Part shown: positions 41,215-54,007 of the stretch, one piece after another
How positions within the stretch are numbered: position 1 is the stretch's first letter
Layout of the letters: each line of letters opens with the position of its first letter
Source of the DNA: an uncultured Actinomycetes bacterium
Lineage (GTDB): Bacteria > Actinomycetota > Actinomycetes > Streptosporangiales > Streptosporangiaceae
Direction: 5' to 3'
Length of the DNA: 64,000 nucleotides
Assembly (NCBI GenBank): GCA_963834515.1
Contig: CAWICB010000001.1
Span: 283,290 to 347,289, forward strand
Notes under the pieces: model-generated
Told to the model about the DNA's origin: nothing
Databases searched by the model: none
What the model saw: the letters and a program-made list of their open reading frames with translations, nothing else
Made by a program: the position numbers and the translations under genes

Positions 41215-41712
41215 ATGCGCAAGACCATCATCACCACCCTCGTCGTGGCGGCTGCGGCCACGGCTGTGAGCGGGGCCGGCATCGCCCTGGCCAGTACCCA
41301 CGGGGGAGCCACCACCGGCACCGAATCGTTCCAGATGATGAGCACGTCGGGAACCAGCCCGCACGCCAGCCTCATCGCCCGCGGCGTGTTCACGGCGCCC
41401 GGGGTGGACACCGAGCAGGCGCACAACACGGCCACGTTCGCATTCCCGAACGGGACGGTCCGGGTGAAGCACTCAGGCGGCACCGGCCCACAGTCGTTCA
41501 ACCCGAAGACGTGCCTGCTCACCGTCGACCAGCACGGCACTTACCAGCTCACCGGCGGCACCGGCAAGTACGCCGGGATCTCTGGTCACGGGCGGTACGC
41601 GCTGGACATCCTGGCCATCGCGCAGCGCTCCGGCGGCAAGTGCTCGCAGTCCAAGCCGCCCGCCGCGTTCCACCAGGTGATCAACGCAACTGGGCCGGTC
41701 AGCCTGCCGTAA
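41215..41712 (+). CDS. secreted protein, unknown family (paralog 1)
   Basis: ATG 41215 follows AGGGGGAA. It has a signal peptide (MRKTIITTLVVAAAATAVSGAGIALA) and the conserved core NPKTCLLTVDQHGTYQLTGGTGKYAGISGHG. Confidence 0.7.
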   Translation: MRKTIITTLVVAAAATAVSGAGIALASTHGGATTGTESFQMMSTSGTSPHASLIARGVFTAPGVDTEQAHNTATFAFPNGTVRVKHSGGTGPQSFNPKTCLLTVDQHGTYQLTGGTGKYAGISGHGRYALDILAIAQRSGGKCSQSKPPAAFHQVINATGPVSLP

Positions 41713-41761
41713 CCAGCTCCGGTCCAACTGTGCCCGGCCACCACCGCGGTGGCCGGGCACA

Positions 41762-41811
41762 GCCGCGTAGTCAATTCCCGCCGCCCCGAATACGCATTGC
41801 TGACGATGTGC
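41762..41811 (+). promoter_or_regulatory. conserved ~50-bp upstream element, copy 2 (before paralog 2)
   Basis: gccgcGTAGTCAATTCCCGCCGCCCcGAATACGcATtGCTGaCGATGTGC, located 104 nt upstream of ATG 41915. Confidence 0.5.
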
Positions 41812-41914
41812 ACGGAAGCCGTTTCCGGCAGCGTGGTCGGCGAAACTGCTGGCCGGCCCGCCGCAGCCGCGGCGACCAGGCTGGCCAGGCATGCACCTGA
41901 GGGGGAACCTAGTC

Positions 41915-42415
41915 ATGCGCAAGACCATCGCCGCGACGTTTGTCGCGGCCGCTGCGACCGCTGCCGTGGCGGGCGCCGGGATCGCCGGCGCCAGCACTCA
42001 TGCCGCGGGCACCACCGGGACCGAGCACTTCCAGGCCATGACCACCAACGGCACGTCGTCGACGGCCAGCGTCATCGCCTACGGCGTGTTCACCGGCGCG
42101 GCCGTGGACCATCAGCAGGCGCACAACATGGACACGTTCGTGTTCTCGAACGGCACGCTGCGGATCCATCACGCCAGCAGCGGCAAGACGCAGCAGTCCG
42201 TCAACCCGAAGACCTGCCTGCTCACCATCGACCAGCACGGCACCTACCAGATCACCGGGGGGACCGGGAAGTACGCCGGGATCAGTGGCCACGGCACCTA
42301 CCGGCTCAGCATCCTGGCCGTCGCGGCGCGCTCTGGCGGCAAGTGCTCGGAGTCCAGGCCGCCGGCCGCCTACCACCAGGTGATCAACGCGAGCGGCCCG
42401 GTGACGCTCAAGTAA
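41915..42415 (+). CDS. secreted protein, unknown family (paralog 2)
   Basis: ATG 41915 follows AGGGGGAA. MRKTIAATFVAAAATAAVAGAGIAGA...NPKTCLLTIDQHGTYQITGGTGKYAGISGHG. It aligns collinearly with paralog 1 along its whole length. Confidence 0.7.
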   Translation: MRKTIAATFVAAAATAAVAGAGIAGASTHAAGTTGTEHFQAMTTNGTSSTASVIAYGVFTGAAVDHQQAHNMDTFVFSNGTLRIHHASSGKTQQSVNPKTCLLTIDQHGTYQITGGTGKYAGISGHGTYRLSILAVAARSGGKCSESRPPAAYHQVINASGPVTLK

Positions 42416-42495
42416 CCACACCCCTACCAGCCTGCGCCCGGCCACCCACGGTGGCCGGGCGCAGGACTGTCAGCACCAGGCCAGACAATCGGGCC

Positions 42496-42837
42496 ATGGT
42501 CACCACGGCAGACGTGCGGCAGGTGGCGCTGTCGCTGCCCCGCACCGAGGAGCACCTGATCCACGACCGGGTCAAGTTCCGGGTCGGCCGGATCGTGTAC
42601 GCTGCGCTGTCCCGGGACGAGGCGATCCTGGGCTTCGGCTTCCCCCGGGATGAGCGGGCCGCGCTGATCGCGGCCGAGCCGGACCGGTTCCTGCTGGCCC
42701 GGGCCAGCGATGCGCGGTACCAGTGGATCAACGCCCGGATGGCCACGCTCAGCGTGGCTGAGATGCGCGAGTTCGTCACCGACGCGTGGTGCATGGTGGT
42801 GCCGAAGCGGCTGGCCGCGGCCCATCTGGGCGGCTAG
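42496..42837 (+). CDS. MmcQ/YjbR family DNA-binding protein
   Basis: MVTTADVRQVALSLPRTEEHLIHDRVKFRVGRIVYAAL...MREFVTDAWCMVVPKRL. The ORF-track start at 41749 is a read-through of the upstream region. Confidence 0.8.
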   Translation: MVTTADVRQVALSLPRTEEHLIHDRVKFRVGRIVYAALSRDEAILGFGFPRDERAALIAAEPDRFLLARASDARYQWINARMATLSVAEMREFVTDAWCMVVPKRLAAAHLGG

Positions 42838-43130
42838 CCCCAGCCGGAGCGGCCGGTCACCCCGGCGGCGTGCTTCCCGATGAGCTGGCCGGCGATCGCA
42901 CCGGGGTCATCCCGATCTAGTTCGGCCGCGGGCCAACGTCCAGTGGCGCCTTGCCCTCGCGCAGGATGAGCCCGGCCAGCCAGCCGGCCGAGAGCGCGCC
43001 GATGGTGTCCCAGACGTGACCCGCGATCAGGCCCACGCCGTCGAGTCGCTGATCGTGCTGCCGCGGGTGGCGGCGAGCATCCGGAGCGGGATGGGGAACC
43101 CTTCATCCGGGGGCGAGTGGCCAGCGGCCG

Positions 43131-43589
43131 TTACTGGCCTGGGCACATCGCCGCCGCCTGGCCGGCGCCGCACACCGTCAACTCGTGCCGTTGGCCACGC
43201 ACCGGGCCGGCCTGGGGCACCCCGGCCGCGCTGCTGGGGGTGAGCCGGACAACGATCGCCCGGTGCCGCAGCAGCACGGTCACGTGCGGCATCGGCCGGC
43301 CGGCGAACAGGTACCGAGGGCCCAGATACCGCGCGGCGCGGTGATCCACGGCGGGCTCATATCCGGCGGCGCGCAGCGCCCAGGCGAGGCCGAGAGTGAC
43401 GTCCCGGTCGTAAACCCCGTCCGTCGCCACCGACAGCTCCAGCCGCTGGCGGGGCAGCAGCTGCTCGATGCGCTGCGCGGCCAGCCGGGTGGCGGTCACG
43501 TTCCGGGCCGCGGTCGCGGCGGCCCACGCCCGCGCTTGCTGGGCCACCGCCAGCCACGATCCCAGGCCGATCAGTGCGATGGCGGCCAC
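43131..43589 (-). CDS. hypothetical signal-anchored protein
   Basis: GTG 43589 gives MAAIALIGLGSWLAVAQQARA, followed by a soluble region. It overlaps the upstream membrane-protein gene by 19 nt. The C-terminal ~40 aa look low quality. Confidence 0.4.
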   Translation of the reverse strand: MAAIALIGLGSWLAVAQQARAWAAATAARNVTATRLAAQRIEQLLPRQRLELSVATDGVYDRDVTLGLAWALRAAGYEPAVDHRAARYLGPRYLFAGRPMPHVTVLLRHRAIVVRLTPSSAAGVPQAGPVRGQRHELTVCGAGQAAAMCPGQ

Positions 43590-44944
43590 GCCGAGGACGC
43601 GGACGCCCCAGCGCGCTGCTGATCCGGCTGCCAGGCCGGGGGAGCCGCGCGCCGGCTGGGGCCGGGCGGTGAGCGGGCCTCGCCGGCTTCCCGCCGCCCG
43701 GCCACCCCCCGTCCGGCCACCCGCAGTCCGGCCACCCGCCGTCCGGCCAGCACAGCCGCTGCGCCGGTGGCCAGCCAGGCGAGCACGCCCACCGGGAGCA
43801 GGACGATCAGCAGGTAATTCTGATCACGGTGACCGATGTCGTGCAGCGGGATATTCGAGTACGTGGCCAGGACCGCGCCGCTGGCCAGCACGCTGACCGC
43901 GGCCAGGGCGGCCAGCCGGCGGGATCGCAGCGGCCAGATCGCGACAGCCAGCACGGCGGCGGTGACAGCCAGCACGGCCACGCCGAACCCCGGCCTGGCG
44001 GCGCCGATCGCGGTCGCGATGCCCTGGTCGCGGAGCGGCAGCCACGGCTGCCACCAGACTGGGGGCGGCAGGGCTGACGCGGTGAGCGCCTTCAGCCCGA
44101 ATGCGGGGCCGGCCGGGTGCCCCGCACCCACGCTGGCGGTCAGCAGGCTGAGGTTGCCGTGGTGGCTGGTGAACTGCTGGATCAACGGGGCGACCCAGCA
44201 GGCCGTGCCCGCCACCAGCCCGGCCACCGCCCAGCCGTACCCGGCCCGGGCCCGGATGGTGTCCGCCAGCCCGGCCACCAATGCCACCAGCACAAGAGCG
44301 GCCGAGGCCAGCGTGAACATCAGGTGAGCCTGCGCGGCCACCGACGCGGCGAGCACGAGCACCGGCCACCAGCGGCGCCGGCCGCCCAGCACAGCCAGGC
44401 CCGCGGCCAGCGCGGCCAGGAAGAACACCACGCCGAGCCATGGGTTCCAGTACGGCTCCGCCGCGACCAGGGGCTGCCAGGCCACCGTGCCGACGATGAT
44501 CCCGCTGGCCAGCACGCCGCCGAACGCGCCGAACACCGACCAGGTGGCCTCGATCGCGAGCGAGGCCGCGACCATGCACCACAGCGCCGCGCCCCACACC
44601 ACCCCGGCCCGCGGGTCGATGTGCACCGGGATGGCGAGCAGCCAGTACTGCAGCGGCCCGGGATCGAACGCGCCGTTGTGCAGCTGGGTGGCCTGCCCGA
44701 CCAGGGGGCCGTAGGGAGTCAGCACATCCCAGGAGCGGAGCGCAATGGCCGCGCCATCGGCGATAACCGGCGAGTCGCCCTGGACCGAACGTACCGCGCC
44801 GATCGCGAACGGTATCCAGGCGGCCAGGTGCGCGGCCAGCCGGAAGACGCTGGCCAGACGGGGCGGGACAAGCGGCCCGTCCGGAGCGGGCAGCGCGGCC
44901 CGGTCCGCCGCCACAGCGGCTGGCCAACCGGGCATCTCCGTCAC
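43571..44944 (-). CDS. polytopic membrane protein (about 10 or more TM helices), possibly a GT-C-type glycosyltransferase
   Basis: 457 aa, highly hydrophobic, with a first-loop ..ADGAAIALRSWDV..FDPGPLQYWLL. The tail has RVAG-type repeats from a ~15-nt DNA repeat (43690-43750). The functional call is tentative. Confidence 0.6.
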   Translation of the reverse strand: MTEMPGWPAAVAADRAALPAPDGPLVPPRLASVFRLAAHLAAWIPFAIGAVRSVQGDSPVIADGAAIALRSWDVLTPYGPLVGQATQLHNGAFDPGPLQYWLLAIPVHIDPRAGVVWGAALWCMVAASLAIEATWSVFGAFGGVLASGIIVGTVAWQPLVAAEPYWNPWLGVVFFLAALAAGLAVLGGRRRWWPVLVLAASVAAQAHLMFTLASAALVLVALVAGLADTIRARAGYGWAVAGLVAGTACWVAPLIQQFTSHHGNLSLLTASVGAGHPAGPAFGLKALTASALPPPVWWQPWLPLRDQGIATAIGAARPGFGVAVLAVTAAVLAVAIWPLRSRRLAALAAVSVLASGAVLATYSNIPLHDIGHRDQNYLLIVLLPVGVLAWLATGAAAVLAGRRVAGLRVAGRGVAGRREAGEARSPPGPSRRAAPPAWQPDQQRAGASASSAWPPSH

Positions 44945-45064
44945 CGTCCCTGATCAGTATTAGGTCCAACGTGCCACCCGCCTGGCTCGTGCCCAGCAGC
45001 GCGGACGCACGAGGGGGAGGGTTCCGTGGAACCCTCCCCCTCAGTGCGCGGGTGAGCCAGCCGG

Positions 45065-47656
<2,592 letters not shown>

Positions 47657-47659
47657 TTA

Positions 47660-48691
<1,032 letters not shown>

Positions 48692-48757
48692 TCAGTGACC
48701 AGCGAGGCCGGCCCGGATCCGGTGCACGGGGGGCGGCGGCCCGGATGACAGACTTGG

Positions 48758-50290
48758 ATGATGTCCGCACCACTGCGCTGCCTGGTCACCGGGGCATCCG
48801 GCTATATCGGGGGACGGCTGGTCCCGGAACTGCTCGCGGCCGGGCACACCGTCCGGTGCATGGCCCGTGATCCTGGCAAGCTGGGCGACCGGCCGTGGTC
48901 GGCGGACGTCGAGGTCGCGGCGGCGGACGCGGCCAACGCGGGCGCGGTGCGGCGCGCGCTGGACGGCGTGGACGTGGCCTACTACCTGATCCACTCGCTG
49001 GGCACCGGGGTCACGTTCGAGCAGCGGGACCGGGACGCCGCCCAGGTGTTCGCGGACGTGGCCCGGCAGGCCGGGGTGGGCCGGATCGTCTACCTGGGCG
49101 GCATCGTGTCCGGGCCGCCCGGCGAGCTGTCACCGCACCTGCGGTCCCGCGGTGAGGTGGGGGAGATCCTGCTGCGCAGCGGGGTGCCCACGGCCGCGCT
49201 GCAGGCCGCGGTGATCATCGGCAGCGGGTCGGCGTCGTTCGAGATGCTCCGTTACCTGACCGAGCGGCTGCCGGTCATGGTCACGCCGCGCTGGGTGGAG
49301 ACCCGGATCCAGCCCATCGCCGTCCGTGACGTACTGCGCTATCTGGCCGGCTGCGCGGCGCTGCCCGCGGACGTGAGCCGGCGCTTCGACATCGGCGGCC
49401 CGGACGTGCTGACGTACGCCGAGATGATGCGCCGGTACGCGGCCGTGGCCGGCCTGCCGCCGCGGGTGCTGGTCGCCGTTCCGCTGCTCACCCCGCGGCT
49501 GTCCTCGCTGTGGGTCGGCCTGGTCACCCCGGTCCCCGGCGGGCTGGCCAGGCCGCTGGTCGAGTCGCTGCGCAACGAGGTGGTCTGCGCGGAGCACGAC
49601 ATCGCGGCGTACGTGCCCGACCCGCCCGGCGGGCTGCTGCCGATCGACGAGGCCATCGCGCTGGCCCTGCGGCACACCCGGGAAGGTGACGTGTCCACCA
49701 GCTGGTCCTCGGCCGGCCCGCCCGGCGCGCCGAGCGACCCGCTGCCCAGCGACCCGTCCTGGGCCGGCGGGTCGCTGTTCGTGGACGAGCGGAGCAGCGT
49801 GGTGCACGCCACACCCGCGGACGTGTGGCGGGTCATCGAGGGCATCGGCGGCGCGACCGGCTGGTACTCATTCCCGGCCGCGTGGGCGGTGCGGGGCCTG
49901 CTCGACCGGCTGGCCGGCGGGGTCGGGCTGCGCCGCGGCCGCCGCGACCCGCGCCACCTGCGGCCGGGCGACGCGCTGGACTTCTGGCGGGTCGAGGCCA
50001 TCACCCCGGGCTCGCTGCTGCGGCTGCGCGCCGAGATGAAGCTGCCCGGCCTGGCCTGGCTCGAGCTGTCCGTGGACCGCGACCAGGCCGGCCAGACGCG
50101 CTACCGGCAGCGGGCCATCTTCCAGCCGCGCGGCCTGGCCGGGCACGCGTACTGGCGGTCCATCGCGCCGTTCCACGGCGTCGTGTTCGGCGGGATGGTG
50201 CGCAACATCACCCAGGCCGCCGAGCGGGTGGCCCCGGTCCAGGGGTTAGCCCAGCCGGGGCTTGACTGCGTACCACGGTACGGCTGTTAG
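48758..50290 (+). CDS. NAD(P)-binding SDR/NmrA-like oxidoreductase fused to a DUF2867-like C-terminal domain
   Basis: Rossmann motif LVTGASGYIGGRLVPELL. The C-terminal half has ..WYSFPAAWAVRGLLDRL.GG.GLRRGRRDP..LRPGDALDFWRVE. Confidence 0.85.
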   Translation: MMSAPLRCLVTGASGYIGGRLVPELLAAGHTVRCMARDPGKLGDRPWSADVEVAAADAANAGAVRRALDGVDVAYYLIHSLGTGVTFEQRDRDAAQVFADVARQAGVGRIVYLGGIVSGPPGELSPHLRSRGEVGEILLRSGVPTAALQAAVIIGSGSASFEMLRYLTERLPVMVTPRWVETRIQPIAVRDVLRYLAGCAALPADVSRRFDIGGPDVLTYAEMMRRYAAVAGLPPRVLVAVPLLTPRLSSLWVGLVTPVPGGLARPLVESLRNEVVCAEHDIAAYVPDPPGGLLPIDEAIALALRHTREGDVSTSWSSAGPPGAPSDPLPSDPSWAGGSLFVDERSSVVHATPADVWRVIEGIGGATGWYSFPAAWAVRGLLDRLAGGVGLRRGRRDPRHLRPGDALDFWRVEAITPGSLLRLRAEMKLPGLAWLELSVDRDQAGQTRYRQRAIFQPRGLAGHAYWRSIAPFHGVVFGGMVRNITQAAERVAPVQGLAQPGLDCVPRYGC

Positions 50291-50293
50291 CGT
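50262..50293 (+). promoter_or_regulatory. MerR-type promoter: TTGACT, a 20-nt spacer containing the dyad CGTACC-AC-GGTACG, then TAGCGT
   Basis: The -35 is at 50262-50267, the dyad at 50269-50282 and the -10 at 50288-50293. The ATG lies 7 nt downstream, implying a near-leaderless transcript. An over-long spacer holding a dyad operator is the established MerR-family architecture. Confidence 0.5.
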
Positions 50294-50300
50294 CGCCACC

Positions 50301-50699
50301 ATGGCTGGCTTGACGATCGGCAAATTCGCCGCCGCCGGAGGGGTCGGCGTCGAGACGGTGCGGTTCTACCAGCGGCGCGGCCTGCTGGCCGCGCCCGACC
50401 GCGGCCGGTCCGGATTCCGCGAGTACTCCGAGGACGACCGGTGGCGGCTGGCCTTCATCCGCCGGGCCCGGGCGCTCGGCTTCAGCCTGGGCGAGATCCG
50501 GGACCTGCTCGGCCCGGCCCAGGCCCGGTCCACGGCGGAGATCGTCCGGGCCGCCGAGCTGAAGCTGGCCGCCAACGCGGCCCGGATGCAGGAACTGGCC
50601 CAGCTGCAGGGCCGGCTCCGCCGCCTGGTCCAGGTGTGCGAGCACGGCGACAGCGACGACTGTGTGGCGCTGCACGTCACCGGCCCCAGGAGGATCTGA
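50301..50699 (+). CDS. MerR family transcriptional regulator
   Basis: MAGLTIGKFAAAGGVGVETVRFYQRRGLL..P.R...GFREYSEDDRWRLAFIRRARALGFSLGEIRDLL. The C-terminus has a Cys pair (VCEHGDSDDC). Confidence 0.85.
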   Translation: MAGLTIGKFAAAGGVGVETVRFYQRRGLLAAPDRGRSGFREYSEDDRWRLAFIRRARALGFSLGEIRDLLGPAQARSTAEIVRAAELKLAANAARMQELAQLQGRLRRLVQVCEHGDSDDCVALHVTGPRRI

Positions 50700-50703
50700 C
50701 CCG

Positions 50704-51045
50704 ATGAGCGCCGAGCTGAGCAATGGCGTGGTGCGCGCCGCCACCGACGAGACGTTCGCGGCCGCCGTGCTGGGCCAGCCCCGGCCGGTCCTGGTGGAGT
50801 TCTGGGCCGAGTGGTGCCCGCCGTGCCGCCAGCTCGCGCCGGTCCTGGACGCGCTCGCGGCCGACCTGGCGGGCCAGGTCGACGTGGTCAAGGTCAACAT
50901 CGACGAGAACCCGCACACCGTGTCGCGCTACGGGATCATGCTCGCGCCGACGCTGAACCTGTACCGCGGCGGCGAGGTCGTCCACCAGGTCGTCGGGGCC
51001 CGGTCCAAGTCCGCACTGCTCCGCGCGTTCGGCCTGGACGGCTGA
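50704..51045 (+). CDS. thioredoxin with an atypical WCPPC active site
   Basis: VLVEFWAEWCPPCRQLAPVLD....VKVNIDENPHTVSRYGIMLAPTLNLY. It starts 4 nt after the merR stop. Confidence 0.85.
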   Translation: MSAELSNGVVRAATDETFAAAVLGQPRPVLVEFWAEWCPPCRQLAPVLDALAADLAGQVDVVKVNIDENPHTVSRYGIMLAPTLNLYRGGEVVHQVVGARSKSALLRAFGLDG

Positions 51046-51110
51046 CCCCGGCACGCCCGGTGAGCCCGGCGCGCCTTGCCGGGCGGCCGCGGGGTGGGCA
51101 GGGTGGGGGC

Positions 51111-51764
51111 ATGATCGAGGCAGTCATCTTCGACCTGGACGGCGTGCTGATCGACTCCGAGCCGGTGTGGGAGGAGGTCCGCCGCCAGGTGGTGGCCGAG
51201 TTCGGCGGGCAGTGGGCCGCCGACACGCAGCAGCGGCTGATGGGCATGAGCACCGGGGAGTGGGCCAGCTACCTGAGCCGCGGGCTCGGCGTCCAGCTCC
51301 CGCCGGACCAGGTGGCCACGGTGGTCACCAGCCGGATGGCGGCCCGGTACCGCGCGCACCTGCCGCTGCTGCCCGGCGCGGTGCAGGCCGTCGAGCGCCT
51401 GTCCGCGCACTGGCCGCTCGGCCTGGCCAGCTCCGCACCGTTGTCGCTGATCGACACGGTGCTTAACGCCAGTGCCCTCCGGCCGTACTTCGCCGTCGCC
51501 ATGTCCACCGAGCAGGTCAAGGCCGGCAAGCCGGCCCCGGACATCTACCTCGCGGTCGCGGCCAAGCTCGGCCAGCCCGCCGCGCGGTGCGCCGCGGTGG
51601 AGGACTCGGCCAACGGGCTGCGCTCGGCCGCCTCGGCGGGCTGCCAGGTCATCGCCGTCCCGCGCCCTCGGTACCCACCCGGTGACGAGGCGCTCGGCCT
51701 GGCCGGGGTGGTACTCGGCAGCCTCACCGAGCTGACCGCAGAAGTAGTCCGCGACCTCAGCTGA
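51111..51764 (+). CDS. HAD family hydrolase (phosphatase, beta-phosphoglucomutase-like subfamily)
   Basis: MIEAVIFDLDGVLIDSE (motif I), LASSA (motif II), KAGKPAPDIY and EDSANG (motifs III/IV). Confidence 0.85.
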   Translation: MIEAVIFDLDGVLIDSEPVWEEVRRQVVAEFGGQWAADTQQRLMGMSTGEWASYLSRGLGVQLPPDQVATVVTSRMAARYRAHLPLLPGAVQAVERLSAHWPLGLASSAPLSLIDTVLNASALRPYFAVAMSTEQVKAGKPAPDIYLAVAAKLGQPAARCAAVEDSANGLRSAASAGCQVIAVPRPRYPPGDEALGLAGVVLGSLTELTAEVVRDLS

Positions 51765-51893
51765 AGGTCTGTGCGCGGCGGCGAGGCGGGGCCCGCCGAA
51801 GGCGGGTGCTCGCCGAGCCGGCGGTCGGCGCGAAGCGGCGATCGGGGGGTCCAGGGGGTCGTCCCCCCGGAACAAAGCTGCGAGGATCGCGCC

Positions 51894-52925
51894 ATGCGGA
51901 TTGCGACCACCGTCGGGTACTGGAGTGCCGGGCCGCCCGCGGACGCGGCCGAGCTGTTTGCCACGGCCGACCGGCTCGGCATCGACCAGATCTGGACCGC
52001 GGAAGCGTACGGCAGTGACGCCTGGACCCCGCTGGCCTGGTGGGGATCGCAGACGGCCCGGATCAAGCTGGGCACCGCGGTGTCGCAGCTATCCGCCCGG
52101 CCGCCGGCCACGCTGGCCATGACCGCGATGACCATGGATCACCTGTCTGCTGGCCGGATTCTGGTCGGTGTCGGGACCAGCAACCCGCAGGTGGTCGAGG
52201 GCTGGTACGGCCAGCCCTACCCGCGTCCGCTGCAGCGGACCCGGGAGTACATCGAGATCGTCCGGGCCGTCATCGCGCGGCGCGAGCCCATCGAGTACCA
52301 GGGCCAGCACTACCAGCTGCCGCTGCCGGGCGGGACCGGGCTGGGCAAGCCGCTGCGCTCGATCCTGCACCCGCTGCGCACCGAGATCCCGGTCTACCTG
52401 GGCGCGGAGGGCCCGAAGAACGTAGCCCTGGCGGGTGAGATCGCCGACGGCTGGAACGCGCTCTTCTTCTCCCCGGCCATGAACGACTTCTACGCTGGCG
52501 CGCTGGCCGACGGGTTCGCCCGGCCGGGCGCCCGGCACACGGCGGACACGTTCGACGTGGTCGGCGGCCCGATGCGGATCATCGTGGACGACGACGTGGA
52601 GCGCGCCGCCGACCAGCTCCGGCCCGCGCTCGCGCTGTACATCGGCGGGATGGGCGCTCGCGGGGTCAACTTCCACCACGAGGTCTTCGTCCGGATGGGC
52701 TACCCGGACCAGGCCAAGGTCATCCAGGACCGCTACCTGGCCGGCGACCGGGCCGGGGCCATCGCCGCGGTGCCCACCCGGCTGGTGGAGGACGTGGCGC
52801 TGATCGGCCCGTGGCCCAAGATCATCGACGAGCTGCCGAGGTGGCGGGACACCGTGCTGACCACGTTCTCGGTCAGCACCGACATGCACCATCTGCCCCG
52901 CGTCGTCGACCTGCTCCGCTCCTGA
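51894..52925 (+). CDS. LLM-class (luciferase-like) flavin/F420-dependent oxidoreductase
   Basis: MRIATTVGYW....GIDQIWTAEAYGSDAWTPLAWW...IKLGTAVSQL.ARPPATLAMTAMTMDHLS.GR..VGVG. Confidence 0.85.
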   Translation: MRIATTVGYWSAGPPADAAELFATADRLGIDQIWTAEAYGSDAWTPLAWWGSQTARIKLGTAVSQLSARPPATLAMTAMTMDHLSAGRILVGVGTSNPQVVEGWYGQPYPRPLQRTREYIEIVRAVIARREPIEYQGQHYQLPLPGGTGLGKPLRSILHPLRTEIPVYLGAEGPKNVALAGEIADGWNALFFSPAMNDFYAGALADGFARPGARHTADTFDVVGGPMRIIVDDDVERAADQLRPALALYIGGMGARGVNFHHEVFVRMGYPDQAKVIQDRYLAGDRAGAIAAVPTRLVEDVALIGPWPKIIDELPRWRDTVLTTFSVSTDMHHLPRVVDLLRS

Positions 52926-52962
52926 CCGGTCGTGGGCCGCAACTGACCGAGAGGAGTATCCC

Positions 52963-53844
52963 GTGGACAGCCCGGCCAGCCTGGACAACCTGACCGCGCT
53001 CGATGTGCATGTTCATGTCGAGGCCGATGCCCACGGCCGCACCGCCCTCGACCAGGAGCTGCTGGATGCTTCGGCGGCTTATTTCCGCGGCGGCCAGCCC
53101 CGGGTGCCGACCGTCCACGACGTGGCGGCCTATTACCGGGAGCGCAGCATCGGGGCGGTGGTGTTCACGGTCGACGCGGGGACGGCACTGGGCCAGACGC
53201 CGCCGAGCAGCGAGGAGATCGCTGATGTGGCCGCCGAACATGCGGACATACTGATCCCGTTCGGCTCGGTCGATCCGCTGGCCGGCGACGCCGCGGTGCG
53301 CCGGGCGCGCAGGCTGGTGCAGCAGCACGGCGTGCGCGGGTTCAAGTTCCACCCCAGCTTGCAGGCGTTCCGCCCGGACGACCACGCCTACTACCCGCTG
53401 TATGAGGCGGTGCAGGAGATGGGGGTCCCGGCGCTGTTCCACACTGGCCAGACGGGCATCGGGGCCGGGCTGCCCGGCGGCCGGGGGATCAAGCTGGGGG
53501 TGTCGGACCCGATCCTGCTCGACGACGTGGCGGCCGACTTTCCCGGGCTGACCGTGATCCTGGCCCACGCGTCGATCCCCTGGCACGAGACAGCGATCGC
53601 GATGGCGACGCACAAGGCGAATGTCTTCATCGACCTGTCCGGCTGGTCGCCGCGGTACTTCCCGCCCCAGCTGGTGCGCATGGCCAACTCGCTGCTGCGC
53701 AGCAAGGTGCTGTTCGGGTCGGACTTCCCGGTGATAACTCCGGACCGGTGGCTGGCGGATTTCGCGGCCCTGGACGTTAAGCCGCAGGTCCGGCCGCTGA
53801 TCCTGAAGGACAACGCGGCCCGGGTACTCCGACTGGCCGGGTAG
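52963..53844 (+). CDS. amidohydrolase family protein (amidohydrolase_2 / TIM-barrel metal hydrolase)
   Basis: LDVHVHVE (the HxH motif), GFKFHP, PALFHTG, ILAHAS, FGSDFP. Confidence 0.85.
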   Translation: MDSPASLDNLTALDVHVHVEADAHGRTALDQELLDASAAYFRGGQPRVPTVHDVAAYYRERSIGAVVFTVDAGTALGQTPPSSEEIADVAAEHADILIPFGSVDPLAGDAAVRRARRLVQQHGVRGFKFHPSLQAFRPDDHAYYPLYEAVQEMGVPALFHTGQTGIGAGLPGGRGIKLGVSDPILLDDVAADFPGLTVILAHASIPWHETAIAMATHKANVFIDLSGWSPRYFPPQLVRMANSLLRSKVLFGSDFPVITPDRWLADFAALDVKPQVRPLILKDNAARVLRLAG

Positions 53845-54007
53845 CGGGCGGCGGCCGGGTCCAGTCCGGCCTGGGAAGTCACGGGCGGGCCGGCGTGTGC
53901 CGCGCGGTCTGCGGGGAAACAGAACGAGGAGAGGCCTGGCCGGCCCCAGCCGGCCAGGCAACCAGCGTGCCCGGGCCACGACCGGCCCGGCTCAGGAGGT
54001 AGTGGCC

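Noticed and set aside
42917-43045. Short minus-strand reading ..LDGVGLIAGHVWDTIGALSAGWLAGLILREGKAPLDVGPRPN* that looks like the C-terminus of a membrane protein
   Set aside because: It has no usable start codon or N-terminal part, covers fewer than 45 codons and matches no recognisable family. It may be a gene remnant, but it is not supportable as a feature. The overlapping 90-aa ORF 42834-43106 is Arg/Gly-rich and was also rejected.
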